From Dehalococcoidales bacterium (GTDB taxonomy: Bacteria > Chloroflexota > Dehalococcoidia > Dehalococcoidales > Fen-1064), in assembly GCA_036396095.1 (NCBI GenBank), contig DASWLM010000021.1:9071-73070 (forward strand): a stretch of DNA of 64,000 nucleotides, in the 5' to 3' direction. The notes under the pieces are model-generated. The model searched no databases. It saw only the letters and a list, made by a program, of their open reading frames with translations, and was not told the origin of the DNA. Positions 45,025 to 57,542 of the stretch are shown here, one piece after another (within the stretch, counting starts at the first letter, position 1; every line of letters begins with the position of its first letter). The translations under genes and the position numbers were made by a program.

Positions 45025-45495
45025 ATGTACAAACACATCATGGTTCCCCTGGATGGTTCCGAATTAGCCGAGTGCGTATTGCCACACGTGGTCGCGGTTG
45101 CCAAAGGGTGCGCGGTACCGAAGGTGACCCTTATCCGCGTGGTCACGCCAATTCAAATCTACGGCAGTGAGTTCGATAGCGGTATCGCGCTCCCTGAATT
45201 GCAGAAAGTGGAACAGGAAAATGTCGTCAACGCCCGAAAGTACCTGGACAAACAGACGGCGCTATTAAAAGAAAAAGGTATCGATGCGCATACTGAGGTC
45301 TTCTTCGGGAATGTGCTGGAATCGCTCACGGAATTCATCGAGAAAAACCAGGTCGACCTCATTATTATCGCCACTCATGGACGTTCGGGTATCAGCCGCT
45401 GGGTGTGGGGAAGTGTCGCCGACCGCATTCTGCGCTCTGCGAAAGTGCCGGTGATGATGGTCAGACCGCAGGCAGTTCGCGGACAAGGGATTTAG
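45025..45495 (+). CDS. Universal stress protein (UspA family)
   Basis: MYKHIMVPLDGS... and IIIATHGRSGISRWVWGSVADRI. I prefer the ATG at 45025, with GGGAGG 7 nt upstream. Confidence 0.85.
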   Translation: MYKHIMVPLDGSELAECVLPHVVAVAKGCAVPKVTLIRVVTPIQIYGSEFDSGIALPELQKVEQENVVNARKYLDKQTALLKEKGIDAHTEVFFGNVLESLTEFIEKNQVDLIIIATHGRSGISRWVWGSVADRILRSAKVPVMMVRPQAVRGQGI

Positions 45496-45523
45496 CTTTT
45501 CTACTTTACCCTGTGCTTCCCCT

Positions 45524-46705
45524 TTAAGCCGCCGGTTTCGGGGCGTCTGGTTTGGGGGGCGGCGGACCTAAGAATTCGTGCACTTTCTTCATCCATTCGG
45601 GAACATTAATTTGCTGGGGGCATAGTTCAACACAGGTATCGCAGTCGATACACTTGTCTGCCTGCTGGTCCGGTGTCAGTCCTCTACCACCACGATACAT
45701 AGCCCTTCCCATCTGAGGTTGATTATACATTATGGCTTCGTTATAGATTTGAAAGTTTTGTGGGATGTCTACACCATTAGGACACGGCATACAATACCGG
45801 CAAGATGTACAGGGGATGGGACATAAACCCTTGTAGGCATCGCGGATGCGGTCATACATCGCCAGGTCCTTCTCTTTCAGGATACCTACTCCTGACCGAC
45901 CTGCAATTTCCACGTTCTGGACTACCTGTTCCATGGTGGACATACCACTGAGCGCTAGGCTTATTTCAGGTTGATTCCAAACCCAGAGTAAAGCCCATTC
46001 CACAGCATTACGTTTCGGTTGGAAGTCCTGCCAGACTTTTGTCACTGCTTCTGGCGGGTTGCTCAAACGACCACCACGGAGTGGCTCCATGACGACCACG
46101 GCGAGTCCCTTACTGGCGGCATATTGCACACCCTTCGTGCCTGCCTGAATATCGATATCCATGTAGTTGTACTGGACCTGGCACATTGTCCAGTTATCGT
46201 AGGCATCCAGAATCTCTTTTAATGCGTCATAACTGTCATGGAAAGAGAAGCCGATATGCCCGATACGCCCGTCTGCTAGGGCGCGTTCGGCACGATTCAA
46301 AATTTTCAATTCGCGCAATTTATCCCAGGTCCTCTTGGCAAGTCCATGAAACAAATAAAAATCGATTTTATTCGTCTCAAGCTTTTTCAATTGCTCGTCG
46401 AGAGCTTTATCGTAGTCATCTGCAGTTTTCATCATCCACAAGGGGAACTTGGTTGCCACTTTAACTTTCTCACGATAACCGCCTTTTAGCGCCTTCCCCA
46501 CCACTCTCTCACTGTTACCGACATGATAGCCGTACGCTGAATCCACGTAGTTAACACCATGGTCGAATGCATATCTCATCATATTTATGGCGAGTGACTC
46601 ATCGATGTTACTCTGATTTCGGTCTATAACGGGTAATCTCATCGCCCCGAAGCCAAGTGCAGAAGGTTGCCAATCCAATTTGCCGAATTTGCGATACTTC
46701 ATCAT
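45524..46705 (-). CDS. Aldo/keto reductase with C-terminal 4Fe-4S ferredoxin-type domain
   Basis: AKR N-terminus (GFGAMRLP, DSAYGYH) plus CTSCRYCMPCP and CIDCDTCVELCP. Confidence 0.85.
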   Translation of the reverse strand: MMKYRKFGKLDWQPSALGFGAMRLPVIDRNQSNIDESLAINMMRYAFDHGVNYVDSAYGYHVGNSERVVGKALKGGYREKVKVATKFPLWMMKTADDYDKALDEQLKKLETNKIDFYLFHGLAKRTWDKLRELKILNRAERALADGRIGHIGFSFHDSYDALKEILDAYDNWTMCQVQYNYMDIDIQAGTKGVQYAASKGLAVVVMEPLRGGRLSNPPEAVTKVWQDFQPKRNAVEWALLWVWNQPEISLALSGMSTMEQVVQNVEIAGRSGVGILKEKDLAMYDRIRDAYKGLCPIPCTSCRYCMPCPNGVDIPQNFQIYNEAIMYNQPQMGRAMYRGGRGLTPDQQADKCIDCDTCVELCPQQINVPEWMKKVHEFLGPPPPKPDAPKPAA

Positions 46706-46878
46706 CTTACCTTTCTCTAATCAATGTCTTATTATCGCCCTATATCAGTGAGAAACGCAAATAACAGAGCTCACCTGAAATTTTTTGACTTTTGATAGAG
46801 GCGATGTTAGTATTTTGACCATGTTATCAATGAGGGATAGCTTAAAACATTTAACCGAATACCTATGAGGAATAAGGA

Positions 46879-48267
46879 ATGGTAATACGCATACTTTTTA
46901 AAACACTTAATGTCCTATTGGGAACAATCTTGGTGGTAGGTCCAATTGCCTGCTCTGCAACTTCCAAGGGATTGGAATTCAGATATAAAAGCGATGAATA
47001 TGTGTCCTCGCTCCTTGCGGAAGCATCGTCAACCTATCCCTCAACTAACTTCATTGTTTTCAGCGACCCTCATATTTTTTCACCTGAACTAGGCATGGAA
47101 GGAGCGGCACTCGACGAGTACCTATCCGAAGACCGCAAACTGCTCCGTGAGAGTGAAAGAATATTGAAATCACTGGTTGAAATCATCAATCAAGAGGCGG
47201 CAGATTTTGTCATCATTCCGGGCGACCTGACCAAGGATGGAGAACTGGTTTCCCACGAGCTATGCGCTTCATACTTGAGTGAAATTGAAGCCAGTGGTAA
47301 GCAGGTCTACGTGGTACCAGGGAATCACGATATCCTCAATCCACATGCCAATAGCTATCAAGGTGATACTGCAACTCCCATACCGAGTGTTACACCTGAG
47401 GAGTTCTCACAGATATATCAGGCATTCGGATTCAATGAAGCTTTATACCGCGATTCCAATTCGTTAAGTTATGTGGTTGAACCACAGACAGGGCTCTGGC
47501 TTCTGGCACTGGATGCGTGCAGATATAAAGAAAACATTGGTAAAGATGAACCGGTCACCGATGGCGCTTTTAGTGCGGAGACTCTCGCTTGGATCGAACA
47601 GATGCTCATTGAAGCTACCCAACAGCGGAAGGCTGTCATGGTGATGATGCATCACGGTGTCGCTGAACATTACAAAGGACAGGAGAAGTATTTCGGTGAG
47701 TATATTGTCGATGATTATCAGGAGGTTTCACGACTCTTTGCTGCATATAATGTGCGTATGGTTTACACAGGACACTACCATGCTCAGGATATAACCATGG
47801 TAAGTTTCTCGAAGGAAAACAAATTTCTCTTTGATATTGAGACTGGCTCACTGGTAACATATCCGTGTCCCTATCGCCTGGTAAGAGTGACATCGGCACA
47901 GAGGTTGATTATCCGGAGTGGACGTGTGATTGCCATCGAAGGTTACCCTACTGGTTTTCAAGATTATGCACGGGATTATGTTGAAGGTGGTTTGGTTAAT
48001 ATTGCGGCAAGCGCTATCGAAGACTACGGGGTGAAATCAGACGCCGCCGAGAAACTGGCAAAACAGGTCAGTGTGGCTTTTCTGGCACACTATGCCGGTG
48101 ATGAGAATTTACCTGCCGGGCAAGTCGCCATCAGTTCGAAAGGAACTGGATTTATGGGCTGGGTGGTTGTTTTCGTCCGCAAAGGGATGGTAAAAAGCCT
48201 ATGGCGCGACTTGCCACCTTCTGACAACAATGTCATTATCAACCTGAAAACAGGGCAGATAGATTAA
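46879..48267 (+). CDS. Metallophosphoesterase, secreted or membrane-anchored
   Basis: FSDPH, IPGDLTKDGE, GNHD, MHHG and GHYH motifs. N-terminal hydrophobic segment. Confidence 0.75.
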   Translation: MVIRILFKTLNVLLGTILVVGPIACSATSKGLEFRYKSDEYVSSLLAEASSTYPSTNFIVFSDPHIFSPELGMEGAALDEYLSEDRKLLRESERILKSLVEIINQEAADFVIIPGDLTKDGELVSHELCASYLSEIEASGKQVYVVPGNHDILNPHANSYQGDTATPIPSVTPEEFSQIYQAFGFNEALYRDSNSLSYVVEPQTGLWLLALDACRYKENIGKDEPVTDGAFSAETLAWIEQMLIEATQQRKAVMVMMHHGVAEHYKGQEKYFGEYIVDDYQEVSRLFAAYNVRMVYTGHYHAQDITMVSFSKENKFLFDIETGSLVTYPCPYRLVRVTSAQRLIIRSGRVIAIEGYPTGFQDYARDYVEGGLVNIAASAIEDYGVKSDAAEKLAKQVSVAFLAHYAGDENLPAGQVAISSKGTGFMGWVVVFVRKGMVKSLWRDLPPSDNNVIINLKTGQID

Positions 48268-48303
48268 GGACAATCCGCTTACCTTTAATACAAAATGGAT
48301 AGG

Positions 48304-51300
48304 CTATTTTATATCCGCATGATAACTTTGCAGAGACCTGACGTCTGATTTCCCCTCGCGGTAAGCGGCAATACCCTTGGCGGCGGCTATGGCAGCCGTC
48401 AAGGTGGTGATATAAGGTACTTTGTACTTGATTGCCGCTTTCCGGATATAAGAATCGTCGTAACGGCTCAGTTTACCCGCTGGGGTGTTAATGACAAGCT
48501 GGATTTCCTTGTTCTTGATGGCATCTGTGATATTCGGTCGCCCCTCATGCTCTTTCAATATCGTTTCTGCGGTAATGCCCTGGTTCTTCAGGACTTCGCA
48601 GGTTCCTGCCGTTGCTTTAATCTTGAAACCGAGCTTAGTGAACTGCCGGGCAACCTCGCCGGCGGCATTGTGGTCGCGGTCTGCAACCGTGATGAGTACG
48701 GTGCCTTTGGTGGGCAGGATAGAGATAGCTTCTTGTGCTTTCCAGAATGCCAGCCCGAATGAGTTAGCGATACCTAACACCTCACCGGTCGACCTCATTT
48801 CCGGACCAAGCAGGGGGTCCACTTCCGGGAACATACTGAATGGGAAAACGGCTTCTTTGATGCCATAATGCGGGATGTGCCGCCTTTTTAATTTCAGGCT
48901 CTTCACTGTTTTACCAAGCATAAGTTGGGTAGCCAGACGAGCCATAGGGATGGCGCAGACTTTTGAGACCAGTGGTACAGTACGCGATGCCCGGGGATTG
49001 GCTTCCAGCACATAGACAACATCCTTGCAGATAGCGTACTGGATATTCATCACACCGACCACCCGAAGTTCGCTGGCAATACGCCGTGTGTATTCTTCAA
49101 TGGTATCGATATGCTTCTGAGGTATACTGACCGGTGGGATAACACAGGCGGCGTCTCCGGAGTGAACGCCCGCATATTCGATATGCTCCATCACGGCGGG
49201 GATGAAGACATTTTCGCCGTCTGACAGCGCATCGGCTTCAGTTTCAATTGCGTTTTCCAGGTAACGGTCGATGAGAATAGGACGGTCAGGGGTAACGCCC
49301 ACAGCTGCCGTTACGTACATTCTCAGTTCTTCCTCGTCGTGGACAATTTCCATACCGCGCCCGCCGAGTACATAGGATGGTCGGACGATGAGTGGATAGT
49401 CAATGCGCTTCGCTACCACCAGCGCTTCGTCAAGGTTGCTTGCCGTGCCCGATTCCGGCATAGGAATGCCATATTTTTTCATCATCCGGCTGAACCGTCC
49501 GCGGTCGGAGGCGATATCTATAGAGTTTACTGTTGTGCCTAGAATCTTGATTCCAGACTCCTCTAGTTCCGCGGCAATATTCAATGGTGTCTGCCCACCG
49601 AACTGGACGATAACACCGAGTGGCTTTTCTTTCTCATAGATGCTAACCACATCTTCAACTGTCAATGGCTCAAAGTACAGCTTGTCCGAGGTATCGTAGT
49701 CGGTGGAAACCGTTTCCGGGTTGCAGTTGACCATGATGGTCTCATAACCCATGTCGCGGAGGGCGAAGGCAGCGTGAACACAGCAATAATCGAACTCAAT
49801 ACCCTGCCCGATGCGGTTGGGTCCGCCGCCCAACACCATCACCTTACGGCGTTTGCTTGCTGTCGTACGGTCGGGTGCGTTATAGGTGGAATAGTAATAG
49901 CAGGCATTTTCCGCCCCGCTCACCGGCACATAGTCCCATGCCTCAACAACTCCCAACTTAATACGACGTGCACGGATTTCCTTTTCTTTGGTACCAAGCA
50001 ATTTAGCAAGATACCTGTCGGCAAAGCCATCTTTTTTCGCCTGGGTGAGCAGTTTATCCGGAAGCTTCTTGCCCTTGTATTTGAGGACTTTCTCCTCGAG
50101 TTCGACGAGTTCCTTCATCTGCTGGATGAACCAGGGTTTGATAAATGTTCTCCGGTAGAGTTCTTGAATATCAGCGCCTTTACGCAGGGCTTCATACATT
50201 ACGAATTGCCGTTCGCTGGTGGGGCGGTTGAGCATCTGCATCAGTTCATCGAGCGACTTTTCGTAGAAGTTCTTAGCGAAACCGAGACCATAACGGCCGT
50301 TTTCCAGAGAGCGGATTGCCTTCTGGAAGGCTTCTTTATATGTCTTACCGATGCTCATTACTTCGCCCACAGCGCGCATCTGCGTACCGAGACGGTCTTC
50401 CGCATCGTGGAATTTCTCAAAAGCCCAGCGTGAGAATTTGACTACGACATAATCACCGGATGGTGTGTATTTATCCAGTGTGCCTTCACGCCAGTAAGGG
50501 ATTTCGTCCAGTGTCAAGCCTGCCGCCAGTTTCGCGGAGATAAGGGCAATAGGGAAGCCGGTGGCTTTGGAAGCGAGCGCCGATGAACGTGATGTTCGTG
50601 GATTGATTTCAATAATCACCACCCGTCCTGTTTTCGGGTCATGGGCAAACTGGATATTGGTGCCCCCGATAACACCAATCTTTTCCACCACTTTGTAGGA
50701 ATAGTCCTGAAGCTTTTTCTGTAGTGCTTCATCGATGGTGAGCATAGGTGCCGTGCAGTAGGAATCACCGGTATGAACACCCATGGCATCGACATTCTCA
50801 ATAAAGCACACGGTAATCTTCTGATTTTTGGAATCGCGGATTATCTCCAGTTCCAGTTCTTCCCAGCCCTCGACGGATTCTTCAATCAGCACCTGTCCCA
50901 CCATGCTGGCAGCGATACCACGACTAGCGACCACACGTAGTTCTTCCATATTGTAGACCAGACCACCGCCGGTGCCGCCCATGGTATACGCCGGACGGAT
51001 AACCACCGGGAAGCCAATCTCCTTGGCATGAGCTTCTGCCTCTTCCAGACTGTAAGCAATTTTACTCCGGGGCATCTCGATGCCGAGTTCCGTCATCGTC
51101 TCTTTGAAGGCGAGACGGTCTTCACCACGCTTGATGGCATCCGGCTCCACGCCGATTACTTTAACGTTATACTTTTTAAGCGCGCCACATTCTGCCAGAC
51201 TGGCGCTCAGATTCAACCCGGTCTGCCCACCAAGATTGGGGAGGATAGCATCCGGCCGTTCTTTTTCGATTATTTTAATCATGGTGTCCAAGTTTAGCGG

Positions 51301-51501
51301 TTCGATGTAGGTGACGTCAGCCATTCCCGGGTCGGTCATGATGGTCGCCGGATTTGAGTTCACCAGCACAATCTCATAACCGAGTGAACGTAAAGCCTTG
51401 CATGCCTGGGTGCCGGAATAATCGAATTCACACGCCTGCCCGATTATAATGGGTCCCGACCCGATAATCATGACCTTCTTAATGTCATTGCGCCTGGGCA
51501 T
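48304..51501 (-). CDS. carB: Carbamoyl-phosphate synthase large subunit
   Basis: 1065 aa with duplicated ATP-grasp halves (IIGSGPIIIGQACEFDYSG and VLGGGPNRIGQGIEFDYC) and a C-terminal MGS-like domain. Confidence 0.95.
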   Translation of the reverse strand: MPRRNDIKKVMIIGSGPIIIGQACEFDYSGTQACKALRSLGYEIVLVNSNPATIMTDPGMADVTYIEPLNLDTMIKIIEKERPDAILPNLGGQTGLNLSASLAECGALKKYNVKVIGVEPDAIKRGEDRLAFKETMTELGIEMPRSKIAYSLEEAEAHAKEIGFPVVIRPAYTMGGTGGGLVYNMEELRVVASRGIAASMVGQVLIEESVEGWEELELEIIRDSKNQKITVCFIENVDAMGVHTGDSYCTAPMLTIDEALQKKLQDYSYKVVEKIGVIGGTNIQFAHDPKTGRVVIIEINPRTSRSSALASKATGFPIALISAKLAAGLTLDEIPYWREGTLDKYTPSGDYVVVKFSRWAFEKFHDAEDRLGTQMRAVGEVMSIGKTYKEAFQKAIRSLENGRYGLGFAKNFYEKSLDELMQMLNRPTSERQFVMYEALRKGADIQELYRRTFIKPWFIQQMKELVELEEKVLKYKGKKLPDKLLTQAKKDGFADRYLAKLLGTKEKEIRARRIKLGVVEAWDYVPVSGAENACYYYSTYNAPDRTTASKRRKVMVLGGGPNRIGQGIEFDYCCVHAAFALRDMGYETIMVNCNPETVSTDYDTSDKLYFEPLTVEDVVSIYEKEKPLGVIVQFGGQTPLNIAAELEESGIKILGTTVNSIDIASDRGRFSRMMKKYGIPMPESGTASNLDEALVVAKRIDYPLIVRPSYVLGGRGMEIVHDEEELRMYVTAAVGVTPDRPILIDRYLENAIETEADALSDGENVFIPAVMEHIEYAGVHSGDAACVIPPVSIPQKHIDTIEEYTRRIASELRVVGVMNIQYAICKDVVYVLEANPRASRTVPLVSKVCAIPMARLATQLMLGKTVKSLKLKRRHIPHYGIKEAVFPFSMFPEVDPLLGPEMRSTGEVLGIANSFGLAFWKAQEAISILPTKGTVLITVADRDHNAAGEVARQFTKLGFKIKATAGTCEVLKNQGITAETILKEHEGRPNITDAIKNKEIQLVINTPAGKLSRYDDSYIRKAAIKYKVPYITTLTAAIAAAKGIAAYREGKSDVRSLQSYHADIK

Positions 51502-51808
51502 TAATTTCTCCTCCTCAGCAGTCAGTTTTCATGGGATAAGCACACGGATAGAATGGTTTAATAACGGTAATAGCGGAGATTGAAATTTGGTGGGGTGAGG
51601 GAGTGTGGAAAACTTTGAAAAAGTGCAACCTGAAGTTTATTGACCGATACCACATCAGGTAATTTTGCACTATATGAAAGTGTAACTTGTGTGGTAAAAA
51701 ATGTCAAGACATATTACATAGATATAATGGCAGAACATCCGTCGATTTCTTTGGTCAAATTAGAGGACGATAAATGTAAGAAAAATTAGAGGAAAAGGAC
51801 AGATTTCT

Positions 51809-52873
51809 CTACTTTAATTTCGCTTGGAGGAAACTGATTACTTTTTGCTCCGAATCTGCTACTGCTTGGGCATTGTAAGTCGACGCACCTTGTATATTGA
51901 AGGCATGCCCTACTCCGGAGTAGACGTAATACTCATTTAGCTTGTTGCTACTATCTAGTAAACCGTGAGCCGCATCTGCAGTTGAAATTGGCACCAGGGC
52001 ATCCGCATCCCCGTGAAACATCAATACTGGCGTTTTTATCTGAGTGACTATATCAATGAACTTGTATCTGACGAGGCGGTCATTCTCCGGTTTATATGGG
52101 GCACTGAAATAATAAGCACCATAATAGCTAACGATGCCTTTTACATCATCCCGCGTCGCAAGGATGAAAGCATAATAACCACCGAGGGAAAACCCTACCA
52201 CTCCTATCCGGTTCGAATCAACATAAGCCAAAGATTTGAGACTTTCCAAGCCATCCCCCTGAATTTCGCGTATCCGGTCTGTGTACTTGCCACAGTCAGA
52301 AATAGTCCATGCCTGACTGGCTATACCAACGGGAGTCAAATAGTCCGGAGCTAATACCACGTAGCCCTGCTTCGCCAGCCAGGACGCGTATGAACGCTGA
52401 TACTCCTGCAATCCATCCTTCCCGTGTAGCATTAAAATCGCTGGGAAAGGTCCAAACCCTGCAGGTTTATAGAAGTATGCAGAGATTTGTGCCCCACCAC
52501 TCTGGTATGCGGCACGGTTGGTCGATTCATCCACGGTAAGAGTAATGGGATTGCTCGGTGCCGTCCAGACAATCGGCACAAAAGAAGGGGTTGTGGTCGT
52601 GGCTGGGGTCGTTGTAGTCGTGGTTGGCAGCGTGGTTGTAGTAGTTGTGGCGGTTGTGGAAGGTGTGGTAGTTTCAGGTGCAGATTCGGTGGATGTTGGC
52701 GACGTCGATTGGTTCGTCGGCTCGGTGGGTGGAATTGTCGTGGTCGATTCGTGTGCTGTAGTTGCTGTCGAAGATGTTGTAGAGGTATCGGCTTTTTGTC
52801 CGCAACCGGTGAAAGGCGTGAATATCATCAGGAAAATCATGGCAACCGCAAGAAATAAAGATGCTTGTTTCAT
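51809..52873 (-). CDS. Dienelactone-hydrolase-family lipoprotein with Thr/Pro-rich linker
   Basis: Lipobox (FTGC), a roughly 90-aa T/S/P-rich linker, an alpha/beta-hydrolase core with GFSLGG, and HGDAD. Confidence 0.75.
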   Translation of the reverse strand: MKQASLFLAVAMIFLMIFTPFTGCGQKADTSTTSSTATTAHESTTTIPPTEPTNQSTSPTSTESAPETTTPSTTATTTTTTLPTTTTTTPATTTTPSFVPIVWTAPSNPITLTVDESTNRAAYQSGGAQISAYFYKPAGFGPFPAILMLHGKDGLQEYQRSYASWLAKQGYVVLAPDYLTPVGIASQAWTISDCGKYTDRIREIQGDGLESLKSLAYVDSNRIGVVGFSLGGYYAFILATRDDVKGIVSYYGAYYFSAPYKPENDRLVRYKFIDIVTQIKTPVLMFHGDADALVPISTADAAHGLLDSSNKLNEYYVYSGVGHAFNIQGASTYNAQAVADSEQKVISFLQAKLK

Positions 52874-52901
52874 AGTAGCACCTCCCTCAAACTGGGGTAG
52901 A

Positions 52902-55586
52902 TTATTCTTTTGTTAGAAACTCTCTGATTCTCTTACTGTATCGCTGATAGAGATAGCCGCTGGCAAGGAGCAGTAATCCCAGCCCTATAAAAGCAACAAT
53001 CCGGTAGACCATTGCCAGCGTGAAGACATCATAAACAAAAACTTTGCCGATGGCGATAAGGAGTAAAGCCAACGCACCCAGTCGCAAGAAACGGATTCTG
53101 TTGACGATACCGATTACCAGCGCAATCACCGCATAAAATGCCCAAAGACCAGTGATGGACAGGTTCTGGAAATTCCGAAGGGAGGTGCCCAGACTACCGA
53201 TGCTATCAGTGGTAGACAGATTATACAGAGCACGGTCGAAGGCATTCAGGATTTCGGCGCTGAAAAGCCAGAGCGTAAAGAAATTTGCCGCGATGAAGAA
53301 AATCGGTATAGTGACTCTACCTTCTTGTTCATCCAACTTGTTTTTAGCCTTGACCATTAAGTAGCCCGCTAGGTATAAGCCAGCAATCCCGAAAAGGAAT
53401 GCCAGAAGCCTTTCGTTAAGTAGGGGTTTAAAGCTGGAAATTTGAACAGGGGTGTCAAAAAAGAGCAGGCGTATCGCTGTAGTCGCAAAAATTCCATAAG
53501 CGAACCAGCGCAGTATCCGGGTATCCTTGAAAAATGATAACCAGACCAGAAGAGCGCCTTCCACAGACCAGACAATGGTTGTCCACATTTTATCACCGAA
53601 TTGAATTGGAATGGCAGCAGTAAGCAGTACTACTGAAATACCTAGAGCACAATCCACGAACATAGGGTTACCAGTTTGTTTCCTTATAAAATAAGTGGCT
53701 AATACGCCATGACATAGAGCCAGTGTAAGGAAAAGGCAACCCATCCAGTCCTGTAGCTGTCCCCACAAGAAGGCACTGAAAATAGATATAATAATTGCAT
53801 TTACAAACAATAGGGCTAAATCGACTTTCGTCAGAGGGTCTCGCCTCCAGACCAATTGATTAAGTATTGTGACCACGGCTAAAGCAAGAAGAAACAGCAG
53901 GCTGAGGTTAGCCCCAACTGTCGGGTTGGCAATATTTAAGTAGTCGACAAGTTCAATCCCAATTAACCACAGTGTAAAAATGTTGCCCGCAACAAAGAAA
54001 ACGGCGTGTTCAATTTGCCACTGTTCCTCTTTGTACCGTCGGATGAGATAGCTGGCGATGTACACGGCGATAATCCCGACCATGAATGCGAGCATTCGGT
54101 CATTGAAGACCGGACGGTAAACATCTATCCCCAACACATTTCCTAACCACGAATCGAAGAACAGCAGGCGGATGGCTACAAGTCCGAAGCTGATATAGGC
54201 AGAGACTCGGAAGAATCTGCTTTTTGTAACCAGTGAAAGCCATATTAAGACTGCAGCCTGTGCCGCCCAGGTACCGGTTGTCCACACTACATCACCAAAT
54301 TGCACAGGTATAGATGTCGTGAAAAGTACAATTGCTATCCCCAATGCAAACTGGCTTAATAGTCTGTCATTCGTTCGTTTGAAGGCAATATAGGCAAGCC
54401 CGGCAAAGAAAAGAGACAATAAAAAGAAGAAAGCGCCCATCCACGAACGGTAGTCATCCCAGAGTAGACTTGCGCTAATAGTCGCGTAACTCGTCGCGTT
54501 GAGCACCATGAGGGAGTAATCAAATCCTTGAGGCCTTCGCTTCCAAACGATGTGGAAGAGGCTGGTGGCTCCAACAAAAATCAGGAATAGTATTGTCAAA
54601 CTTATCTCGATGGGAGCAATCCCAGTGGAATACCCGTAAGAACCATACCATACCCCGAAAAATATTAAGGAACAGACTAATCCGAATAAGGTAAACCAGC
54701 GCCAGTTTCTAAATGTGGATGTCGCTAGGACTCCAAGGTCAACTACCAGTATGTACACCAGCGCCCAGTATCCGGTGGCTGTACCGTTTGCTCCTGGAGT
54801 GTTAGAACCTGTCACCCCTAATATCAAAGGACCAAGAAACGCACCTATAATCCCAAGAAGCGCGAGTGACATTGAATTATATCGCAAAGCCATCAATACT
54901 GAGATGGCACACACAATCAATAGCAGTATCACAGCCAGTACGAGTGGTATGAGTTGATATGCCGCAAAAGCGGCGAAGATGGAAAGGTACATGATACCGA
55001 TACCACCACCCGTCAGTGCCTGTGTCATCACGGGGTATTTCTTCCGCCAGAGATAACCCCCGCCCAGCATGATTAAGCCAGCGACAACACCCAGAAGAAT
55101 ACGTATGACTGGCAAAATCCAGTTTCTGTCGAAGGCATATTTCAAGAAGAAGCCGACACCGAACAGTAGCGCCAGTACGCCGATTCTTGCCAGCCAGTTC
55201 CCGCCAAGTATCTGCTCCCATTCCCCGGGAGGTCTTGGCGGTTTTGCTTCGCGTGGTGCAGATGGCGCTATTCCGATAACAGGTGGTTGCCAGTGTTCAA
55301 CCGGAGGGCGGACAGGTTCTACTTGCACCGGTGGCTGACGGCGTTCACCCTGCGGCCGAATAGGTTCTACCGGTAAGGGGATAGCTTCAATTCCCTGTCT
55401 CTGCTCCAGCACGGTCAAGCGTTCGTTGATTTGGCGAACGGAGGCACGGAGACGTTGAACTTCTTCTTCGAGTGATTGGGCGGGCGGTTCCTGGGATTCA
55501 GAACTAAACGGTAGCAGACGGGCACCACAGAAGATGCAAAATTGGTTGGATGGCTGGTTCTCCCTTAAACAGTTGGGGCATTTCAC
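52902..55586 (-). CDS. DUF2339-like polytopic membrane protein with N-terminal zinc-ribbon and Pro-rich repeats
   Basis: CPNC...CIFCG zinc ribbon, a coiled coil, then more than 25 TM helices with an internal duplication (FGDVVWTT... and FGDKMWTT...). Confidence 0.7.
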   Translation of the reverse strand: MKCPNCLRENQPSNQFCIFCGARLLPFSSESQEPPAQSLEEEVQRLRASVRQINERLTVLEQRQGIEAIPLPVEPIRPQGERRQPPVQVEPVRPPVEHWQPPVIGIAPSAPREAKPPRPPGEWEQILGGNWLARIGVLALLFGVGFFLKYAFDRNWILPVIRILLGVVAGLIMLGGGYLWRKKYPVMTQALTGGGIGIMYLSIFAAFAAYQLIPLVLAVILLLIVCAISVLMALRYNSMSLALLGIIGAFLGPLILGVTGSNTPGANGTATGYWALVYILVVDLGVLATSTFRNWRWFTLFGLVCSLIFFGVWYGSYGYSTGIAPIEISLTILFLIFVGATSLFHIVWKRRPQGFDYSLMVLNATSYATISASLLWDDYRSWMGAFFFLLSLFFAGLAYIAFKRTNDRLLSQFALGIAIVLFTTSIPVQFGDVVWTTGTWAAQAAVLIWLSLVTKSRFFRVSAYISFGLVAIRLLFFDSWLGNVLGIDVYRPVFNDRMLAFMVGIIAVYIASYLIRRYKEEQWQIEHAVFFVAGNIFTLWLIGIELVDYLNIANPTVGANLSLLFLLALAVVTILNQLVWRRDPLTKVDLALLFVNAIIISIFSAFLWGQLQDWMGCLFLTLALCHGVLATYFIRKQTGNPMFVDCALGISVVLLTAAIPIQFGDKMWTTIVWSVEGALLVWLSFFKDTRILRWFAYGIFATTAIRLLFFDTPVQISSFKPLLNERLLAFLFGIAGLYLAGYLMVKAKNKLDEQEGRVTIPIFFIAANFFTLWLFSAEILNAFDRALYNLSTTDSIGSLGTSLRNFQNLSITGLWAFYAVIALVIGIVNRIRFLRLGALALLLIAIGKVFVYDVFTLAMVYRIVAFIGLGLLLLASGYLYQRYSKRIREFLTKE

Positions 55587-55764
55587 AATACACCCCCTAT
55601 GTCCTTTTTGCTTCCACTCTCACCACAGAAATCTTGCGGTGATAAGCGTGCACAGGATATGAAAGTCTGCGTATTATGGCACAATTATGTATTATAGTCA
55701 ACTTATTGCTGTGCAGTGCTTAGAGTTACCTGATTCCAATATGTTATAATTGTTTCACCCCATC

Positions 55765-57530
<1,766 letters not shown>

Positions 57531-57542
57531 AAGGGGAAAAAA

